Source: Clostridia bacterium | GTDB taxonomy: Bacteria; Bacillota; Clostridia; Oscillospirales; CAG-272 | Direction: 5' to 3' | DNA length: 64,000 nt | NCBI GenBank assembly: GCA_017504995.1 | Contig: JAFVQC010000048.1 | Coordinates: 58,946 to 122,945 of the forward strand | In this document: piece by piece, positions 10,252 through 21,078 of the stretch | Position numbering within the stretch: position 1 is the stretch's first letter | How the letters are laid out: each line of letters opens with the position of its first letter | Made by a program: the position numbers and the translations under genes | The notes under the pieces: generated by a model | Databases searched by the model: none | What the model saw: the letters and a program-made list of their open reading frames with translations, nothing else | What the model was told of the DNA's origin: nothing

Positions 10252-10544
10252 TGAAAATGGTACAGGATATCATCATTAAGCCCGTTATCACCGAGGCAAG
10301 CATGGACGCGATCGGCGATAAGAGATATACCTTCAAGGTACAGTCCGACGCAACCAAGCCCGAGATCGCAAAGGCGGTTGAGGAAATGTTCGGCGTAAAG
10401 GTTGAGAAAGTCAACACAATCAATATGAAGAAGAAGCCCAAGAGACTCGGCGTTCACTTCGGATACACCTCCGAGTGGAAGAAAGCGATCGTAACCCTGA
10501 CCGCTGACTCCAAGACCATCGAGTTCTTCGACGGCCTCAACTGA
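10251..10544 (+). CDS. rplW: 50S ribosomal protein L23
   Basis: [11 protein letters not shown].. motif. TAATG overlap with rplD. Position fits the operon order. Confidence 0.96.
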   Translation: MKMVQDIIIKPVITEASMDAIGDKRYTFKVQSDATKPEIAKAVEEMFGVKVEKVNTINMKKKPKRLGVHFGYTSEWKKAIVTLTADSKTIEFFDGLN

Positions 10545-10563
10545 TGGTAGGAGGTAAAGAAGA

Positions 10564-11394
10564 ATGCCTACGAAGAAGTATAAGCCTACTACACCGTCCA
10601 GAAGACACATGACGGTTGCTACCTTTGAGGAGATCACCAAGTTTACTCCCGAAAAGAGCCTGACCGTTATCAAGAAGAAGTTCGCCGGACGTAACAGCTA
10701 CGGCAAGATCACCGTTCGTCACAGAGGCGGCGGAAACAAGGTGAAGTACAGAATCATCGATTTCAAGAGAGCAAACAACGCTCCCGCAACGGTAATCGGT
10801 ATCGAGTACGACCCCAACAGAAGCGCATATATCGCACTTCTGCAGAATGAAGCAGGCGAGAAGAGCTACATCATCGCTCCCGTTGGTCTGAAGGACGGCG
10901 ACGTCGTTTACACCGGTGCGGAAGCAGATATCAAGCCCGGTAACACCCTGCCCATCGAGAACATTCCCGTTGGTACGTTCATTCACAACATCGAAATCTA
11001 CCCCGGTAAGGGCGCGCAGCTGGTTCGTTCCGCAGGCGTTGCCGCACAGCTGATCTCCAAGGAGAACGGCGTGGCGCAGGTCAGACTGCCTTCCGGCGAG
11101 GTTAGAATCATTCGCCTTGATTGTAAGGCAACCATCGGTCAGGTCGGCAACATCGAGCACGACACCGTGAAGATCGGTAAGGCCGGTAAGACCAGACACA
11201 TGGGCATCCGTCCCACAGTCCGCGGTTCCGTAATGAACCCCTGCGATCACCCTCACGGTGGTGGTGAAGGTAAGTCTCCCATCGGTAGACCCTCTCCCGT
11301 TACTCCTTGGGGTAAGCCTGCTCTGGGCTATAAGACCAGAAACAAGAAGGCAAGAACAGACAAGTTCATCGTAAAACGCAGAAACGCTAAATAA
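10564..11394 (+). CDS. rplB: 50S ribosomal protein L2
   Basis: RHRGGGNK and [16 protein letters not shown] motifs. Confidence 0.98.
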   Translation: MPTKKYKPTTPSRRHMTVATFEEITKFTPEKSLTVIKKKFAGRNSYGKITVRHRGGGNKVKYRIIDFKRANNAPATVIGIEYDPNRSAYIALLQNEAGEKSYIIAPVGLKDGDVVYTGAEADIKPGNTLPIENIPVGTFIHNIEIYPGKGAQLVRSAGVAAQLISKENGVAQVRLPSGEVRIIRLDCKATIGQVGNIEHDTVKIGKAGKTRHMGIRPTVRGSVMNPCDHPHGGGEGKSPIGRPSPVTPWGKPALGYKTRNKKARTDKFIVKRRNAK

Positions 11395-11408
11395 GGAGGG
11401 AATATAAG

Positions 11409-11690
11409 ATGAGCAGAAGCCTGAAAAAAGCACCGTACGTAGAAGAAAAGCTCTACGCGCGCATTTGTGCCATGAATGAAAAGAATGAGAAAAAAGTTCT
11501 CAAGACCTGGTCTCGTGCATCCACCATATTCCCTGAGTTCGTAGGTCACACCATTGCGGTTCACGACGGAAGAAAGCACATTCCGGTATACGTAACCGAG
11601 GATATGGTTGGTCACAAGCTCGGCGAGTTTGCGCTGACGAGAACCTTTAAGGGACACGCCGGTTCCAAGACGTCCAACAACGGTAAATAA
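11409..11690 (+). CDS. rpsS: 30S ribosomal protein S19
   Basis: [27 protein letters not shown]. Confidence 0.98.
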   Translation: MSRSLKKAPYVEEKLYARICAMNEKNEKKVLKTWSRASTIFPEFVGHTIAVHDGRKHIPVYVTEDMVGHKLGEFALTRTFKGHAGSKTSNNGK

Positions 11691-11713
11691 TGCAAAGGGA
11701 GGAGATATTTGAA

Positions 11714-12055
11714 ATGGAAGCAAAGGCAACATTGAAATATGCAAGAATTTCCCCGCGCAAGGTAAAGATCGTTCTGGACCTCATCAGAGGCAAGGATGCA
11801 GGAACCGCAATGGCGATCCTGAAGAACACCAACAAGAGCGCATCTGAGTACCTTGTAAAGCTGTTGGGAAGCGCAATAGCGAACGCGGTAAATGACCCCG
11901 GTAAGCAGATGGATGAGACAAAGCTTTATGTATCCGAGTGCTTCGTATGCCCCGGCCCGACTCTGAAGAGAATCATGCCCAGAGCAAAGGGAAGCGCAGA
12001 CAGAATTCTGAAGAGAACGTCTCACGTAACCATCGTAGTCAAGGAAAGAGACTGA
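11714..12055 (+). CDS. rplV: 50S ribosomal protein L22
   Basis: MEAKATLKYARISPRKV. Start at the Met preceded by GGGAGGAG. Confidence 0.96.
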   Translation: MEAKATLKYARISPRKVKIVLDLIRGKDAGTAMAILKNTNKSASEYLVKLLGSAIANAVNDPGKQMDETKLYVSECFVCPGPTLKRIMPRAKGSADRILKRTSHVTIVVKERD

Positions 12056-12072
12056 GAAGGAGGTAAGAACGA

Positions 12073-12840
12073 ATGGGTCAGAAAGTAAATCCCCACGGAC
12101 TCCGTGTGGGCGTAATTAAAAACTGGGATTCGAGATGGTTCACCTCCGACGAGAAGTTCGGGGACACCCTCGTATCCGACTACAACATCAGAAAGTATCT
12201 GAAGAAGGAGCTTCAGGCTGCAGGCGTTCCGAAGATCGAGATCGAGCGTGACAGCCAGAGAGTTCGCGTATTCATTCACTGCGCAAAGCCCGGTATGGTT
12301 ATCGGCCGCGGCGGCGTAGAGATCGAGAAGTACAAGAACGAGCTTCAGAAAATGGTTGGCATGCCTGTTGCTCTCAACGTAGTTGAGGTCAGACAGCCCG
12401 ACCTGAACGCGCAGCTGGTTGCAGAGAACATTGCAGGACAGCTGGAAAGAAGAGTTGCTTTCCGCCGCGCAATGAAGATGGCGATCAGAAACACCATGAG
12501 ACTTGGCGCGAAGGGAATCAAGATCTCCTGCAGCGGCCGTTTGGCAGGCGCGGAGATCGCAAGAACCGAGCACTATCATGAGGGAACGATCCCGCTGCAG
12601 ACGCTCAGAGCCGACATCGACTACGGTTTCTGGGAAGCGAACACCACCTACGGAAAGATCGGCGTAAAGGTTTGGATCTACAAGGGTGAGGTTCTGAACG
12701 AAGTCAACAGACCCGCAGCAAACGCACCCAGAGATAACAGACGTGGCGATCGCCGTGACAACCGTGGCGGTGAGAGACGCGGCCGTCGTCCCGAGGGCGC
12801 AAGAGGCGAGAGAGCTCCGAGAGAAGGAGGACGTAAATAA
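12073..12840 (+). CDS. rpsC: 30S ribosomal protein S3 (Arg/Gly-rich C-terminal tail)
   Basis: [13 protein letters not shown].. with KH and S3-C domains. 255 aa including the tail. Confidence 0.97.
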   Translation: MGQKVNPHGLRVGVIKNWDSRWFTSDEKFGDTLVSDYNIRKYLKKELQAAGVPKIEIERDSQRVRVFIHCAKPGMVIGRGGVEIEKYKNELQKMVGMPVALNVVEVRQPDLNAQLVAENIAGQLERRVAFRRAMKMAIRNTMRLGAKGIKISCSGRLAGAEIARTEHYHEGTIPLQTLRADIDYGFWEANTTYGKIGVKVWIYKGEVLNEVNRPAANAPRDNRRGDRRDNRGGERRGRRPEGARGERAPREGGRK

Positions 12841-13253
12841 TGTTAATGCCGAAGAGAGTCAAGTACCGTCGCGTACAGCGCGGTAGATTGAAGGGTAAAG
12901 CAATGAGCGGCAATAAGGTTACAAACGGTTCTTACGGTCTTGTAGCGCTTGAGCCCGCATGGATCACCAGCAATCAGATCGAGGCTGCCCGTATCGCGAT
13001 GACGCGTTACATCAAGCGTGGCGGTAAGGTCTGGATCAAGATTTTCCCCGACAAGCCCATCACCGAGAAGCCTGCTGAGACCCGAATGGGTTCCGGTAAG
13101 GGATCTCCCGAGTACTGGGTAGCAGTCGTCAAGCCGGGCAGAGTGATGTTCGAGATGGACGGCGTAGCGGAAGAGGTGGCAAAGGAAGCAATGAGACTTG
13201 CGTCTCACAAGCTCCCCATCAAGTGTAAGTTTGTAGTGAAGGAGGAAGCATAA
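12840..13253 (+). CDS. rplP: 50S ribosomal protein L16
   Basis: [11 protein letters not shown].. N-terminus. TAATG coupling to rpsC. Confidence 0.97.
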   Translation: MLMPKRVKYRRVQRGRLKGKAMSGNKVTNGSYGLVALEPAWITSNQIEAARIAMTRYIKRGGKVWIKIFPDKPITEKPAETRMGSGKGSPEYWVAVVKPGRVMFEMDGVAEEVAKEAMRLASHKLPIKCKFVVKEEA

Positions 13254-13453
13254 TGAAGGCAACGAAATTCACAGAAGATCTGAGAACGATGAGCGCCGAA
13301 GAGCTGAACGCAAAGCTCAAGGAACTCAAGGAAGAGCTTTTCACGCTTCGCTTCCAACACGCAATCAACCAGCTTGACAATCCTCACAAGATCGTGGAAG
13401 TCAAGAAGAACATTGCTCGTGTAATGACAGTTCTTTCAGAGAAAAACGCGTAA
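13253..13453 (+). CDS. rpmC: 50S ribosomal protein L29
   Basis: 66 aa, ..[14 protein letters not shown].. motif. Position fits the operon order. Confidence 0.95.
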   Translation: MKATKFTEDLRTMSAEELNAKLKELKEELFTLRFQHAINQLDNPHKIVEVKKNIARVMTVLSEKNA

Positions 13454-13466
13454 GGAGGAATAAGTC

Positions 13467-13727
13467 ATGACAGAAGAAAGAAATCTTAGAAAAGTACGTG
13501 TCGGACGTGTGGTCAGCGATAAGATGAACAAGACTGTTGTCGTTGCGATCGAGGACAACGTAAAGCACCCCGTATACGGAAAGATCATTAAGCGTACCTT
13601 GAAGGTTCATGCACACGACGAGAAAAACGAGTGCGGCATCGGCGACAAGGTTGAAATTATGGAGACAAGACCCCTTTCCAAGACGAAGAGATGGCGTGTT
13701 GTTGAAATAATCGAAAAAGCTAAATAA
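13467..13727 (+). CDS. rpsQ: 30S ribosomal protein S17
   Basis: [19 protein letters not shown].. motif. Confidence 0.96.
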   Translation: MTEERNLRKVRVGRVVSDKMNKTVVVAIEDNVKHPVYGKIIKRTLKVHAHDEKNECGIGDKVEIMETRPLSKTKRWRVVEIIEKAK

Positions 13728-13791
13728 TTTAGCTCCAAACCATATACAGTAAATACGGCAAACATCGTATTGAAATCAGGAGGAAAAGAAA

Positions 13792-14160
13792 GTGATACAG
13801 CAACAAACACTCATGAAGGTTGCCGATAACACCGGAGCTAAAGAGCTGATGTGCATTCGCGTACTGGGTGGAACCGGTCGCAGATACGCAAACATCGGTG
13901 ACGTGGTGGTAGCTTGCGTAAAGAAGGCTACTCCCGGCGGTGTTGTAAAGAAGGGCGACGTCGTCAAGGCTGTTGTAGTAAGAAGCGTAAAGGGCATGAA
14001 GCGCGCTGACGGTTCTTACATCAAGTTTGACGAGAACGCTGCGGTAATCATTAAGGAAGACAAGACCCCCAGAGGAACCCGTATTTTTGGGCCTGTGGCA
14101 AGAGAACTCCGCGAGAAGGATTATCTGAAGATCCTGTCCCTCGCACCTGAAGTACTTTAA
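13792..14160 (+). CDS. rplN: 50S ribosomal protein L14
   Basis: [17 protein letters not shown].. GTG start after AGGAGG. Confidence 0.97.
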   Translation: MIQQQTLMKVADNTGAKELMCIRVLGGTGRRYANIGDVVVACVKKATPGGVVKKGDVVKAVVVRSVKGMKRADGSYIKFDENAAVIIKEDKTPRGTRIFGPVARELREKDYLKILSLAPEVL

Positions 14161-14176
14161 TGGAGGTATCGAGAAG

Positions 14177-14482
14177 ATGAATATCAGAAGAGACGATACC
14201 GTCATCGTTCTTTCCGGTGACGACAAGGGCGTAAAGGGAAAGGTAATTGCCGTTTCTCCTAAGGAGGGCAAGGTACTTGTTGAGAAAGTAAACGTGATCC
14301 ATAAGCACGTAAAGCCCCGCAAGCAGGGCGAAGCAGGCGGAATCATTGACGCCGAGGGCGCGATCTACGCATCCAAGGTTGCTCTGTACTGCTCCAAATG
14401 CGGCAAAGGCGTCAGAGTCAAGATGAAGGACGTTGACGGCAAAAAGGTTCGTGTCTGCGCGAAGTGCGGACAGGAGCTGTAA
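14177..14482 (+). CDS. rplX: 50S ribosomal protein L24
   Basis: KOW motif GDDKGVKGKV. Position fits the operon order. Confidence 0.95.
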   Translation: MNIRRDDTVIVLSGDDKGVKGKVIAVSPKEGKVLVEKVNVIHKHVKPRKQGEAGGIIDAEGAIYASKVALYCSKCGKGVRVKMKDVDGKKVRVCAKCGQEL

Positions 14483-14496
14483 GGAGGTAGGAACGA

Positions 14497-15039
14497 ATGG
14501 CAAGAATGAAAGAGATGTACCAAGCCGAGGTTGCTCCCGCTCTGATGAAGAAATTCGAGTACAAGAGCCCGATGCAGATCCCGAAGCTTGACAAGATCGT
14601 GATCAACTGCGGCGTTGGCGACGCGAAGGATAACTCCAAGGCGCTGGACGCAGTCATCGCAGACCTGACTCTGATCTCCGGTCAGAAGGCAGTTCCCACC
14701 TACGCAAAGAAGTCGGTTGCAAACTTCAAGCTCCGTGAGGGCATGAAGATCGGCGCAAAGGTAACCCTGCGCGGCGAGAGAATGTATGAGTTCGTAGACA
14801 GACTCTTCAACTTCGCGCTGCCCAGAGTCCGCGACTTCAAGGGAATCAACCCCAACGCGTTCGACGGCAGAGGAAACTATGCTCTTGGACTGAAGGAACA
14901 GCTGATCTTCCCCGAGATCGAGTACGATAAGGTAGAGAAGATCCGCGGTATGGATATCTGCTTTGTAACCACCGCAAACACGGACGAAGAAGCAAGAGAG
15001 CTGCTCAAGCTGATGGGCGCTCCCTTCGCAAAAAACTGA
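14497..15039 (+). CDS. rplE: 50S ribosomal protein L5
   Basis: 180 aa, ..[14 protein letters not shown].. motif. Confidence 0.97.
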   Translation: MARMKEMYQAEVAPALMKKFEYKSPMQIPKLDKIVINCGVGDAKDNSKALDAVIADLTLISGQKAVPTYAKKSVANFKLREGMKIGAKVTLRGERMYEFVDRLFNFALPRVRDFKGINPNAFDGRGNYALGLKEQLIFPEIEYDKVEKIRGMDICFVTTANTDEEARELLKLMGAPFAKN

Positions 15040-15056
15040 TCGGGAGGTAAGACACG

Positions 15057-15242
15057 ATGGCAAAGAAGGCTATGATTTTGAAGCAGCAGAAGGCGCAGAA
15101 GTACTCCACCAGAGAGTACAACCGTTGCAAGATCTGCGGCCGTCCTCATGCTTATCTCCGCAAATACGGCATCTGCCGTATCTGCTTCCGTGAACTCGCT
15201 TACAAGGGCGAAATTCCCGGCGTAAAGAAAGCAAGCTGGTAA
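15057..15242 (+). CDS. rpsZ: 30S ribosomal protein S14, zinc-binding type Z
   Basis: 61 aa with CxxC..CxxC: [24 protein letters not shown]. Confidence 0.96.
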   Translation: MAKKAMILKQQKAQKYSTREYNRCKICGRPHAYLRKYGICRICFRELAYKGEIPGVKKASW

Positions 15243-15421
15243 TCCTTTTTCGGCGTAAGCCGAAAGGGCATCGGCTTGCGCCGATGCAAAAACGAAGTTT
15301 TTGGGAAACAAAAATCCCCTAACGATCGGTAGGAAGCGAATCTACGGATGCGCTTAACCCCCGAACCGCCGCCCGAAAGGGCAGCAAGAAGAAATAACTT
15401 GCATACAGGAGGATAATAATT

Positions 15422-15820
15422 ATGCAAATGTCAGACGTAATCGCCGATATGCTCACGAGAATCAGAAATGCGAACGACGCAAAGCACGCAACCGTGGACA
15501 TTCCGGCATCCAACATGAAAAAAGCAATCGCAGACATTCTCGTTGAGGAAGGCTACGTAAAGAGCTATCAGGTCATCGAGGATGGCAAGCAGGGTGTGAT
15601 CCGTGTCACGCTGAAGTACGCTGCCGGCAAGCAGAAGGTAATTCGCGGTATCCGCCGCGTATCCAAGCCCGGTCTCCGTATTTACGCAGGCTACGAGGAT
15701 ATGCCCAAGGTGATGAACGGACTGGGAATCGCAATCGTTTCCACGTCCAAGGGAATTATGACCGACAAGAAAGCAAGAGCCACCAAGATCGGCGGCGAAG
15801 TGCTTGCCTTTGTTTGGTAA
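15422..15820 (+). CDS. rpsH: 30S ribosomal protein S8
   Basis: [15 protein letters not shown].. N-terminus. Confidence 0.97.
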   Translation: MQMSDVIADMLTRIRNANDAKHATVDIPASNMKKAIADILVEEGYVKSYQVIEDGKQGVIRVTLKYAAGKQKVIRGIRRVSKPGLRIYAGYEDMPKVMNGLGIAIVSTSKGIMTDKKARATKIGGEVLAFVW

Positions 15821-15841
15821 TGAAAGCGGGAGGTAATTGAA

Positions 15842-16414
15842 ATGTCTAGAATAGGAAGAATGCCTATCACCGTTCCCGCAGGCGTTACCGTCACCATTGC
15901 TGATGACAATGTTGTAACGGTTAAGGGACCGTTGGGAACTCTTACAGAAAAGTTTAACAGCCGTATGGAGATCAAGCTGGAGGGCACTGAGCTGACCGTT
16001 ACTCGTCCTACCGACGAGAAGGAAGACAGAAGCCTTCACGGTCTGACCCGCGCGCTGCTGAACAACATGGTAGTTGGCGTAACGCAGGGCTTCTCCAAGA
16101 CCTTGGAGATCATCGGCGTGGGCTACAAGGCAGCAAAGGTCGGCAAGACCGTTGAGCTGTATCTGGGCCACTCGCTGGTAGCCGGCGGTAAGCCTCAGGA
16201 GAAGTTCTGCATTACCGAGCCCGAGGGAATCACCCTTGAGGTAGCGGACAAGGCAGTACCGATCACCATCACCGTAAAGGGAATCGATAAGCAGGCAGTC
16301 GGACAGATGGCAGCTGTGATCAGAGGCAAGAGACCGCCTGAGCCCTACCACGGTAAGGGTGTCAAGTATTCCGACGAGAGAGTTCGCCGTAAAGCCGGAA
16401 AAGCCGGTAAATAA
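15842..16414 (+). CDS. rplF: 50S ribosomal protein L6
   Basis: MSRIGRMPITVPAGV.. N-terminus. 190 aa. Confidence 0.96.
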   Translation: MSRIGRMPITVPAGVTVTIADDNVVTVKGPLGTLTEKFNSRMEIKLEGTELTVTRPTDEKEDRSLHGLTRALLNNMVVGVTQGFSKTLEIIGVGYKAAKVGKTVELYLGHSLVAGGKPQEKFCITEPEGITLEVADKAVPITITVKGIDKQAVGQMAAVIRGKRPPEPYHGKGVKYSDERVRRKAGKAGK

Positions 16415-16432
16415 AGAAAGGAGTAGAAAGTC

Positions 16433-16795
16433 ATGGTATCGAGAAAGGACGCAAATAAGGCTCGTCTTAAGAGACATAAGAGAGTCAGAGCAAAAATTTC
16501 GGGCACTGCTGCTCGTCCTCGTCTGTGCGTTTACCGTTCCAACGCGAATATCAGCGCGCAGATCATTGACGACGTTGCAGGCGTAACATTGGTTTCTGCT
16601 TCTACCCACGAGAAGGAATTCGAGGGTAACAACGGCGGAAATAAGGAAGCTGCAAAGTGGGTCGGTCAGACGATCGGCGCAAGAGCAGCGGCAAAGGGTA
16701 TCACCGAAGTCGTATTCGACCGCGGCGGCTATCTTTATCACGGACGTGTATCGGAATTGGCTGACGGCGCTCGCGAGAGTGGCTTGAAGTTCTGA
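16433..16795 (+). CDS. rplR: 50S ribosomal protein L18
   Basis: [27 protein letters not shown].. motif. Confidence 0.96.
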   Translation: MVSRKDANKARLKRHKRVRAKISGTAARPRLCVYRSNANISAQIIDDVAGVTLVSASTHEKEFEGNNGGNKEAAKWVGQTIGARAAAKGITEVVFDRGGYLYHGRVSELADGARESGLKF

Positions 16796-16873
16796 TTGCG
16801 CTTGCAATCAGTCCGGTTTGTACACTGTTCAACACACAAACAATTGTATTGAACATCAATTAGGAGGAAAAAC

Positions 16874-17377
16874 ATGGCAACAAAAATTAACCCGGCTGAG
16901 CTGGATCTGAGAGAACAGCTCGTCGCGCTGAACCGTGTTTCCAAGACCGTAAAGGGTGGTCGTATCGCTCGTTTTGCAGCACTTATGGTTGTAGGTGACG
17001 GAAACGGTCACGTTGGCGTAGGACTTGGAAAGGCAGCCGAGGTTCCCGAGGCAATCCGCAAGGGAATCGAGGATGCGAAAAAGAATATGATTACAGTTTC
17101 TCTGAAGGGCACCACCATTCCTCACGAGGTAGTCGGTGTATACGGAGCAGGAAAGGTTCTTCTGAAGCCTGCGGCTCCCGGTACCGGTATCATCGCGGGC
17201 GGTAAGGTCAGAGCCGTTCTGGAGCTGGTTGGTATTTCGAACATTCGTGCGAAGTGCCTGCGCTCCAATAACCCCACCAACGTTGTAAAGGCAACGATCG
17301 CAGGTCTGGAAGCGCTTCGCTCCGCAGAGGAAGTGGCAAAGATCCGTGATATCACGGTGGAGCAGGTCAAGGGCTAA
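16874..17377 (+). CDS. rpsE: 30S ribosomal protein S5
   Basis: ..[43 protein letters not shown].. Confidence 0.97.
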   Translation: MATKINPAELDLREQLVALNRVSKTVKGGRIARFAALMVVGDGNGHVGVGLGKAAEVPEAIRKGIEDAKKNMITVSLKGTTIPHEVVGVYGAGKVLLKPAAPGTGIIAGGKVRAVLELVGISNIRAKCLRSNNPTNVVKATIAGLEALRSAEEVAKIRDITVEQVKG

Positions 17378-17390
17378 GGAGGGAACAGCA

Positions 17391-17564
17391 ATGAAAAAAG
17401 TGATTCTCGTAAAGAGCCTGATCGGCGCAAAGCCCAATCAGAAGGCAACCGCAAAGTCTCTGGGACTTGTAAAAATCGGTGATAGCATTGTTCACGAGGA
17501 CAATGCGGTCTTGGCAGGAAAGATCAAAGTGATCTCTCATCTGGTCAAGGTCGAAAACGCATAA
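17391..17564 (+). CDS. rpmD: 50S ribosomal protein L30
   Basis: MKKVILVKSLIG.. Start at the internal Met after GGAGGG, not the track start at 17346. Confidence 0.93.
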   Translation: MKKVILVKSLIGAKPNQKATAKSLGLVKIGDSIVHEDNAVLAGKIKVISHLVKVENA

Positions 17565-17576
17565 GGAGGCAGAGAC

Positions 17577-18017
17577 ATGAAACTGAATGAACTTTCGCCC
17601 GCAGTAGGCTCCGCAAAGGATTCCTACCGTAAGGGAAGAGGTCCCGGATCCGGCAACGGTAAGACCGCGGGTAAGGGACACAAGGGTCAGAACGCGCGCT
17701 CCGGCGGCGGTGTCAGACCCGGATTTGAGGGAGGTCAGCTTCCTCTTTACAGAAAGCTTCCCAAGAGAGGCTTTAAGAACAGATTCGCTGTTAATTATGC
17801 GATCGTAAACGTTTCCGCGCTCAACAAGTTTGAGGACGGAGCAGTAGTTGATCTGGAAGCATTGCTGGCAGCAAAGCTGGTTCGCAAGGAGCTGGATGGA
17901 TTGAAGATCCTCGGCGAAGGCGAGCTGACCAAGAAATTAACTGTCAAGGCAAATGTCTTTTCGGCAAGCGCAAAGGAAAAGATTGAAGCAGCAGGTGGAA
18001 AGACCGAGGAGGTATAA
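17577..18017 (+). CDS. rplO: 50S ribosomal protein L15
   Basis: [31 protein letters not shown]. Confidence 0.96.
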   Translation: MKLNELSPAVGSAKDSYRKGRGPGSGNGKTAGKGHKGQNARSGGGVRPGFEGGQLPLYRKLPKRGFKNRFAVNYAIVNVSALNKFEDGAVVDLEALLAAKLVRKELDGLKILGEGELTKKLTVKANVFSASAKEKIEAAGGKTEEV

Positions 18018-18019
18018 GG

Positions 18020-19351
18020 ATGTTCAAGACGCTGAAAAACGCTTGGAGAATTCCGGAGCTGAAGAAGAAGCTCCTCTTCACATTGCTTATCGTCGTCCTC
18101 TACCGTCTGGGTGCTAACATCCCCGTTCCTTACGTTGATCCGCAGATCTTTCAGGATGCCAGCGCGATCACAAGCGGAACGATCCTGTCGTTCCTGAACC
18201 TGCTTTCGGGCGAAGCGCTCGGAAAAGCAACGCTTCTGGCATTGGGCGTATCTCCCTACATTACCGCGTCTATCGTCATTCAGCTTTTGACCGTCGCCAT
18301 TCCCGTTTTGGGAAGATGGTCGAAGGACGGCGAGGAGGGACGCAAGAAGATTAACGTGCTGACCCGTATTATTACCGTGGCGTTGGCACTGGTAACCAGT
18401 ATCGGATATGCGTTCTACCTGAACAACTATGATTTCTTGATCATTGACGATCCGAACTTCTTCCAGTACATGGTGATCGTTCTGTGCTACTGCGCAGGCG
18501 CGGCACTGGTTATGTGGATGGCGGAAAAGATCAACGAATCGGGTATCGGAAACGGTATTTCCATCATTCTGTTTGCCAACATTATCGCAGGTACGTTCTC
18601 CGCGGTTCAGTCCATTTGGAGTAACGTATTCCCCGAGGGCGGTTTCCGTGGCTTCAACGGCTTGGGTCTGACCTTCTCCATCATCGAGATCATCGTTCTG
18701 GTCGGCATGGTTATGCTGATCGTATGGATGTCCGATGCGGAGAGAAGAATCCCGATCCAGTACGCAAAGCGCGTGGTTGGCAGAAAAATGTACGGCGGTC
18801 AGAATACCAACCTGCCCATTAAGGTCAATATGTCGGGCGTTATGCCGATCATCTTCGCGAACTCGATCGTTGCGATTCCCGCAACCATCATCTCCTTCGC
18901 GGATCCCGACGGCAGCGCAAAAATCTCCAAGTGGATCATCAAGTGGTTTAACTACGACACATGGCCTTACTTCGGCGTATTTCTGGTGCTTCTGATTGCG
19001 TTCGCGTACTTCTACGTAGCGATTTCCTTCAATCCCGTAGAGGTTGCGAATAACATCAAAAATAACGGCGGCGCGATCCCCGGCATCCGTTCGGGCAGAC
19101 CCACGGTTGAGTTCATCAAGAAGGTTCTGAACCGTATCACGCTGGTTGGCGCGCTGTTGGTAGCGTTTATCGCTTGCTTCCCCATGATCTTGACCAACGT
19201 TACGTCCTATTTCCCGTCCGTTGCGGGAATGTTCGCCGCGCTTGCGTTCGGCGGTTCTTCCATGATGATCGTGGTAGGCGTTGCATTGGAAACCACCAGA
19301 GAGCTGGAAGCACAGATGACGCTGAGAAATTACAAGGGCTTCTTGGATTGA
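18020..19351 (+). CDS. secY: preprotein translocase subunit SecY
   Basis: 443 aa, 10-TM profile. Conserved ..LGVSPYITASIVIQLL.. motif. Canonical position after rplO. Confidence 0.97.
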   Translation: MFKTLKNAWRIPELKKKLLFTLLIVVLYRLGANIPVPYVDPQIFQDASAITSGTILSFLNLLSGEALGKATLLALGVSPYITASIVIQLLTVAIPVLGRWSKDGEEGRKKINVLTRIITVALALVTSIGYAFYLNNYDFLIIDDPNFFQYMVIVLCYCAGAALVMWMAEKINESGIGNGISIILFANIIAGTFSAVQSIWSNVFPEGGFRGFNGLGLTFSIIEIIVLVGMVMLIVWMSDAERRIPIQYAKRVVGRKMYGGQNTNLPIKVNMSGVMPIIFANSIVAIPATIISFADPDGSAKISKWIIKWFNYDTWPYFGVFLVLLIAFAYFYVAISFNPVEVANNIKNNGGAIPGIRSGRPTVEFIKKVLNRITLVGALLVAFIACFPMILTNVTSYFPSVAGMFAALAFGGSSMMIVVGVALETTRELEAQMTLRNYKGFLD

Positions 19352-19381
19352 TTCCGACGGATTTTCTATTTGGAGGAAACT

Positions 19382-20023
19382 ATGAATTTGATCATTATGG
19401 GTGCGCCCGGCGCGGGAAAAGGCACTCAGTCTGAAAAAATTTCGCAAAAATGGAATATTCCCGCAGTCTCTACGGGTGATATGCTCCGCGCTGCCGTCAA
19501 GGCAGGTACGGAGATGGGCGTCCTCGCAAAATCCTATATGGATGCGGGACAGCTGGTTCCCGATGAGGTCGTGATCGGAATCATCAAGGATTATCTTTCG
19601 TCAGATACCTGCAAGGGCGGCTTTATTCTGGACGGCTTCCCCCGTTCCATTCCTCAGGCAGAGGCATTGGACGCAATGGGCGTGAAGATCGATGCGGTTC
19701 TCAGCATCGAGGTCGCGGATGAAAAGATTGTGGAAAGAATGAGTGGACGGAGAATCTGCTCCGGTTGCGGCGCGTCTTACCACGTGGTCTACAAGCCTAC
19801 CAAGGTTGCCGATATCTGTGACAGCTGCGGCAAGCCTCTGTATATCAGAGACGACGACGCGGCAGAAACCGTGCTGAAGCGTCTGACCACCTACCACGGA
19901 ACCACCGAGCCTTTGAAGGATTACTACGGGGCAAAGGGACTTCTCGTGTGTGTCGAAGGACAGGAAAAGGTAGAGGACACGACGGCAGCCGTCATGAACG
20001 CGCTTTCGAAATTTGAGGCGTGA
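19382..20023 (+). CDS. adk: adenylate kinase
   Basis: MNLIIMGAPGAGKGTQ P-loop and a Cys4 lid (CSGCG..CDSCG). Start at the Met after GGAGGAAAC. Confidence 0.96.
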   Translation: MNLIIMGAPGAGKGTQSEKISQKWNIPAVSTGDMLRAAVKAGTEMGVLAKSYMDAGQLVPDEVVIGIIKDYLSSDTCKGGFILDGFPRSIPQAEALDAMGVKIDAVLSIEVADEKIVERMSGRRICSGCGASYHVVYKPTKVADICDSCGKPLYIRDDDAAETVLKRLTTYHGTTEPLKDYYGAKGLLVCVEGQEKVEDTTAAVMNALSKFEA

Positions 20024-20025
20024 GC

Positions 20026-20787
20026 ATGATTCAACTGAAAAATTCTGCCCAGATTTCCATGATGATGGAAGCAGGACGCATCACGGGCGAGGCATTGCTC
20101 GTCGCCCGTGAGCACGTCCGCGAAGGCATCAGTACCAAGGAGCTGGATACGTTGATTCGAAGCTATATCGAGAAATGCGGCGCAAAGCCATCGTTTCTCG
20201 GATACGGCGGCTTTCCGGGATCGGCGTGCATCAGCGTCAACGACGAGGTCATTCACGGAATCCCTTCCAAGAATCGGATTCTTCGGGAAGGCGATATCGT
20301 TAAGGTTGATGTAGGGGCATTCTACAAAGGATTCCACGGAGACAGCGCGAGAACGATTCCCGTAGGGAAGGCCAGCGAGGAAGCGTTGCGGTTGATTGAA
20401 ACCACACGAAACAGCTTCTTTGAGGGGGTCTCGGCAATGAAGGTCGGAAATCGGATCGGTGACGTGGGTCACGCGATTCAGACCTGCGTGGAAGGGGAAG
20501 GCTTTTCCGTGGTACGGCGCTATATCGGTCATGGAATCGGACGCGAGCTTCACGAATCTCCCGACGTTCCGAATTTCGGAACGGCAGGACGGGGCACACG
20601 GCTTTGCGTCGGAATGGCACTTGCCATCGAACCGATGGTCAACGTCGGCTCGGAGGAGGTTTATGAAATGGCGGACGGCTGGACGGTAAAAACCAAAGAC
20701 AAAAGTCTGTCGGCACACTATGAAAATACCGTAGCTCTTACCTCGGACGGGGTGGTGATCACCACGCTTGTGGATCAGAGCTGGTAA
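20026..20787 (+). CDS. map: type I methionine aminopeptidase
   Basis: MIQLKN..EAGRI..; metal ligands in GYGGFP, DxxxD, HGIG. ATG 20026 is preferred over the track GTG 20020 (GAGG 8 nt upstream). Confidence 0.93.
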   Translation: MIQLKNSAQISMMMEAGRITGEALLVAREHVREGISTKELDTLIRSYIEKCGAKPSFLGYGGFPGSACISVNDEVIHGIPSKNRILREGDIVKVDVGAFYKGFHGDSARTIPVGKASEEALRLIETTRNSFFEGVSAMKVGNRIGDVGHAIQTCVEGEGFSVVRRYIGHGIGRELHESPDVPNFGTAGRGTRLCVGMALAIEPMVNVGSEEVYEMADGWTVKTKDKSLSAHYENTVALTSDGVVITTLVDQSW

Positions 20788-20835
20788 AAAAGTTGAAAGA
20801 ACCATGTCACAGAACACAGCAGAGGAGGGATTATT

Positions 20836-21054
20836 CTGCCGAAGGATGATGTTATTGAATTTGAGGGTGAAGTGATTGAGGCACTGCCCAACGCCACCTT
20901 CAAGGTAAAGCTTCCCAATGGGCATATCGTAACCGCCCACATTTCGGGAAAGCTTCGCATGAACTATATCAGAATACTGCCCGGTGACCGCGTTACCATC
21001 GAGGTTTCGGTCTACGACCTGACCAAGGGACGCATTACCTGGCGTGCAAAGTAA
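20836..21054 (+). CDS. infA: translation initiation factor IF-1, probable non-canonical (CTG or ATT) start
   Basis: The track ORF starts at GTG 20872. The in-frame upstream codons encode [11 protein letters not shown], the conserved IF-1 N-terminus. No ATG/GTG/TTG lies between the in-frame stop (20794) and 20872. GGAGG at 20824-20828. Confidence 0.8.
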   Translation: MPKDDVIEFEGEVIEALPNATFKVKLPNGHIVTAHISGKLRMNYIRILPGDRVTIEVSVYDLTKGRITWRAK

Positions 21055-21078
21055 GAAAGAAAGGGTTGGTGTAATAAG

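Noticed and set aside
15431-16807. 458-aa ORF antisense to rpsH-rplF-rplR, and similar long antisense ORFs (10537-11433, 17795-19447, 19924-21270, 21203-22105, 22863-24113)
   Set aside because: They lie opposite universally conserved ribosomal/secY/adk genes, have low-complexity Arg/Ser/Leu-rich translations and no RBS. They are typical shadow ORFs of GC-rich coding DNA.
20872-21054. GTG 20872 as the infA start (track ORF)
   Set aside because: It would remove 12 conserved N-terminal residues that are nevertheless encoded in frame upstream. It is kept only as the fallback hypothesis.
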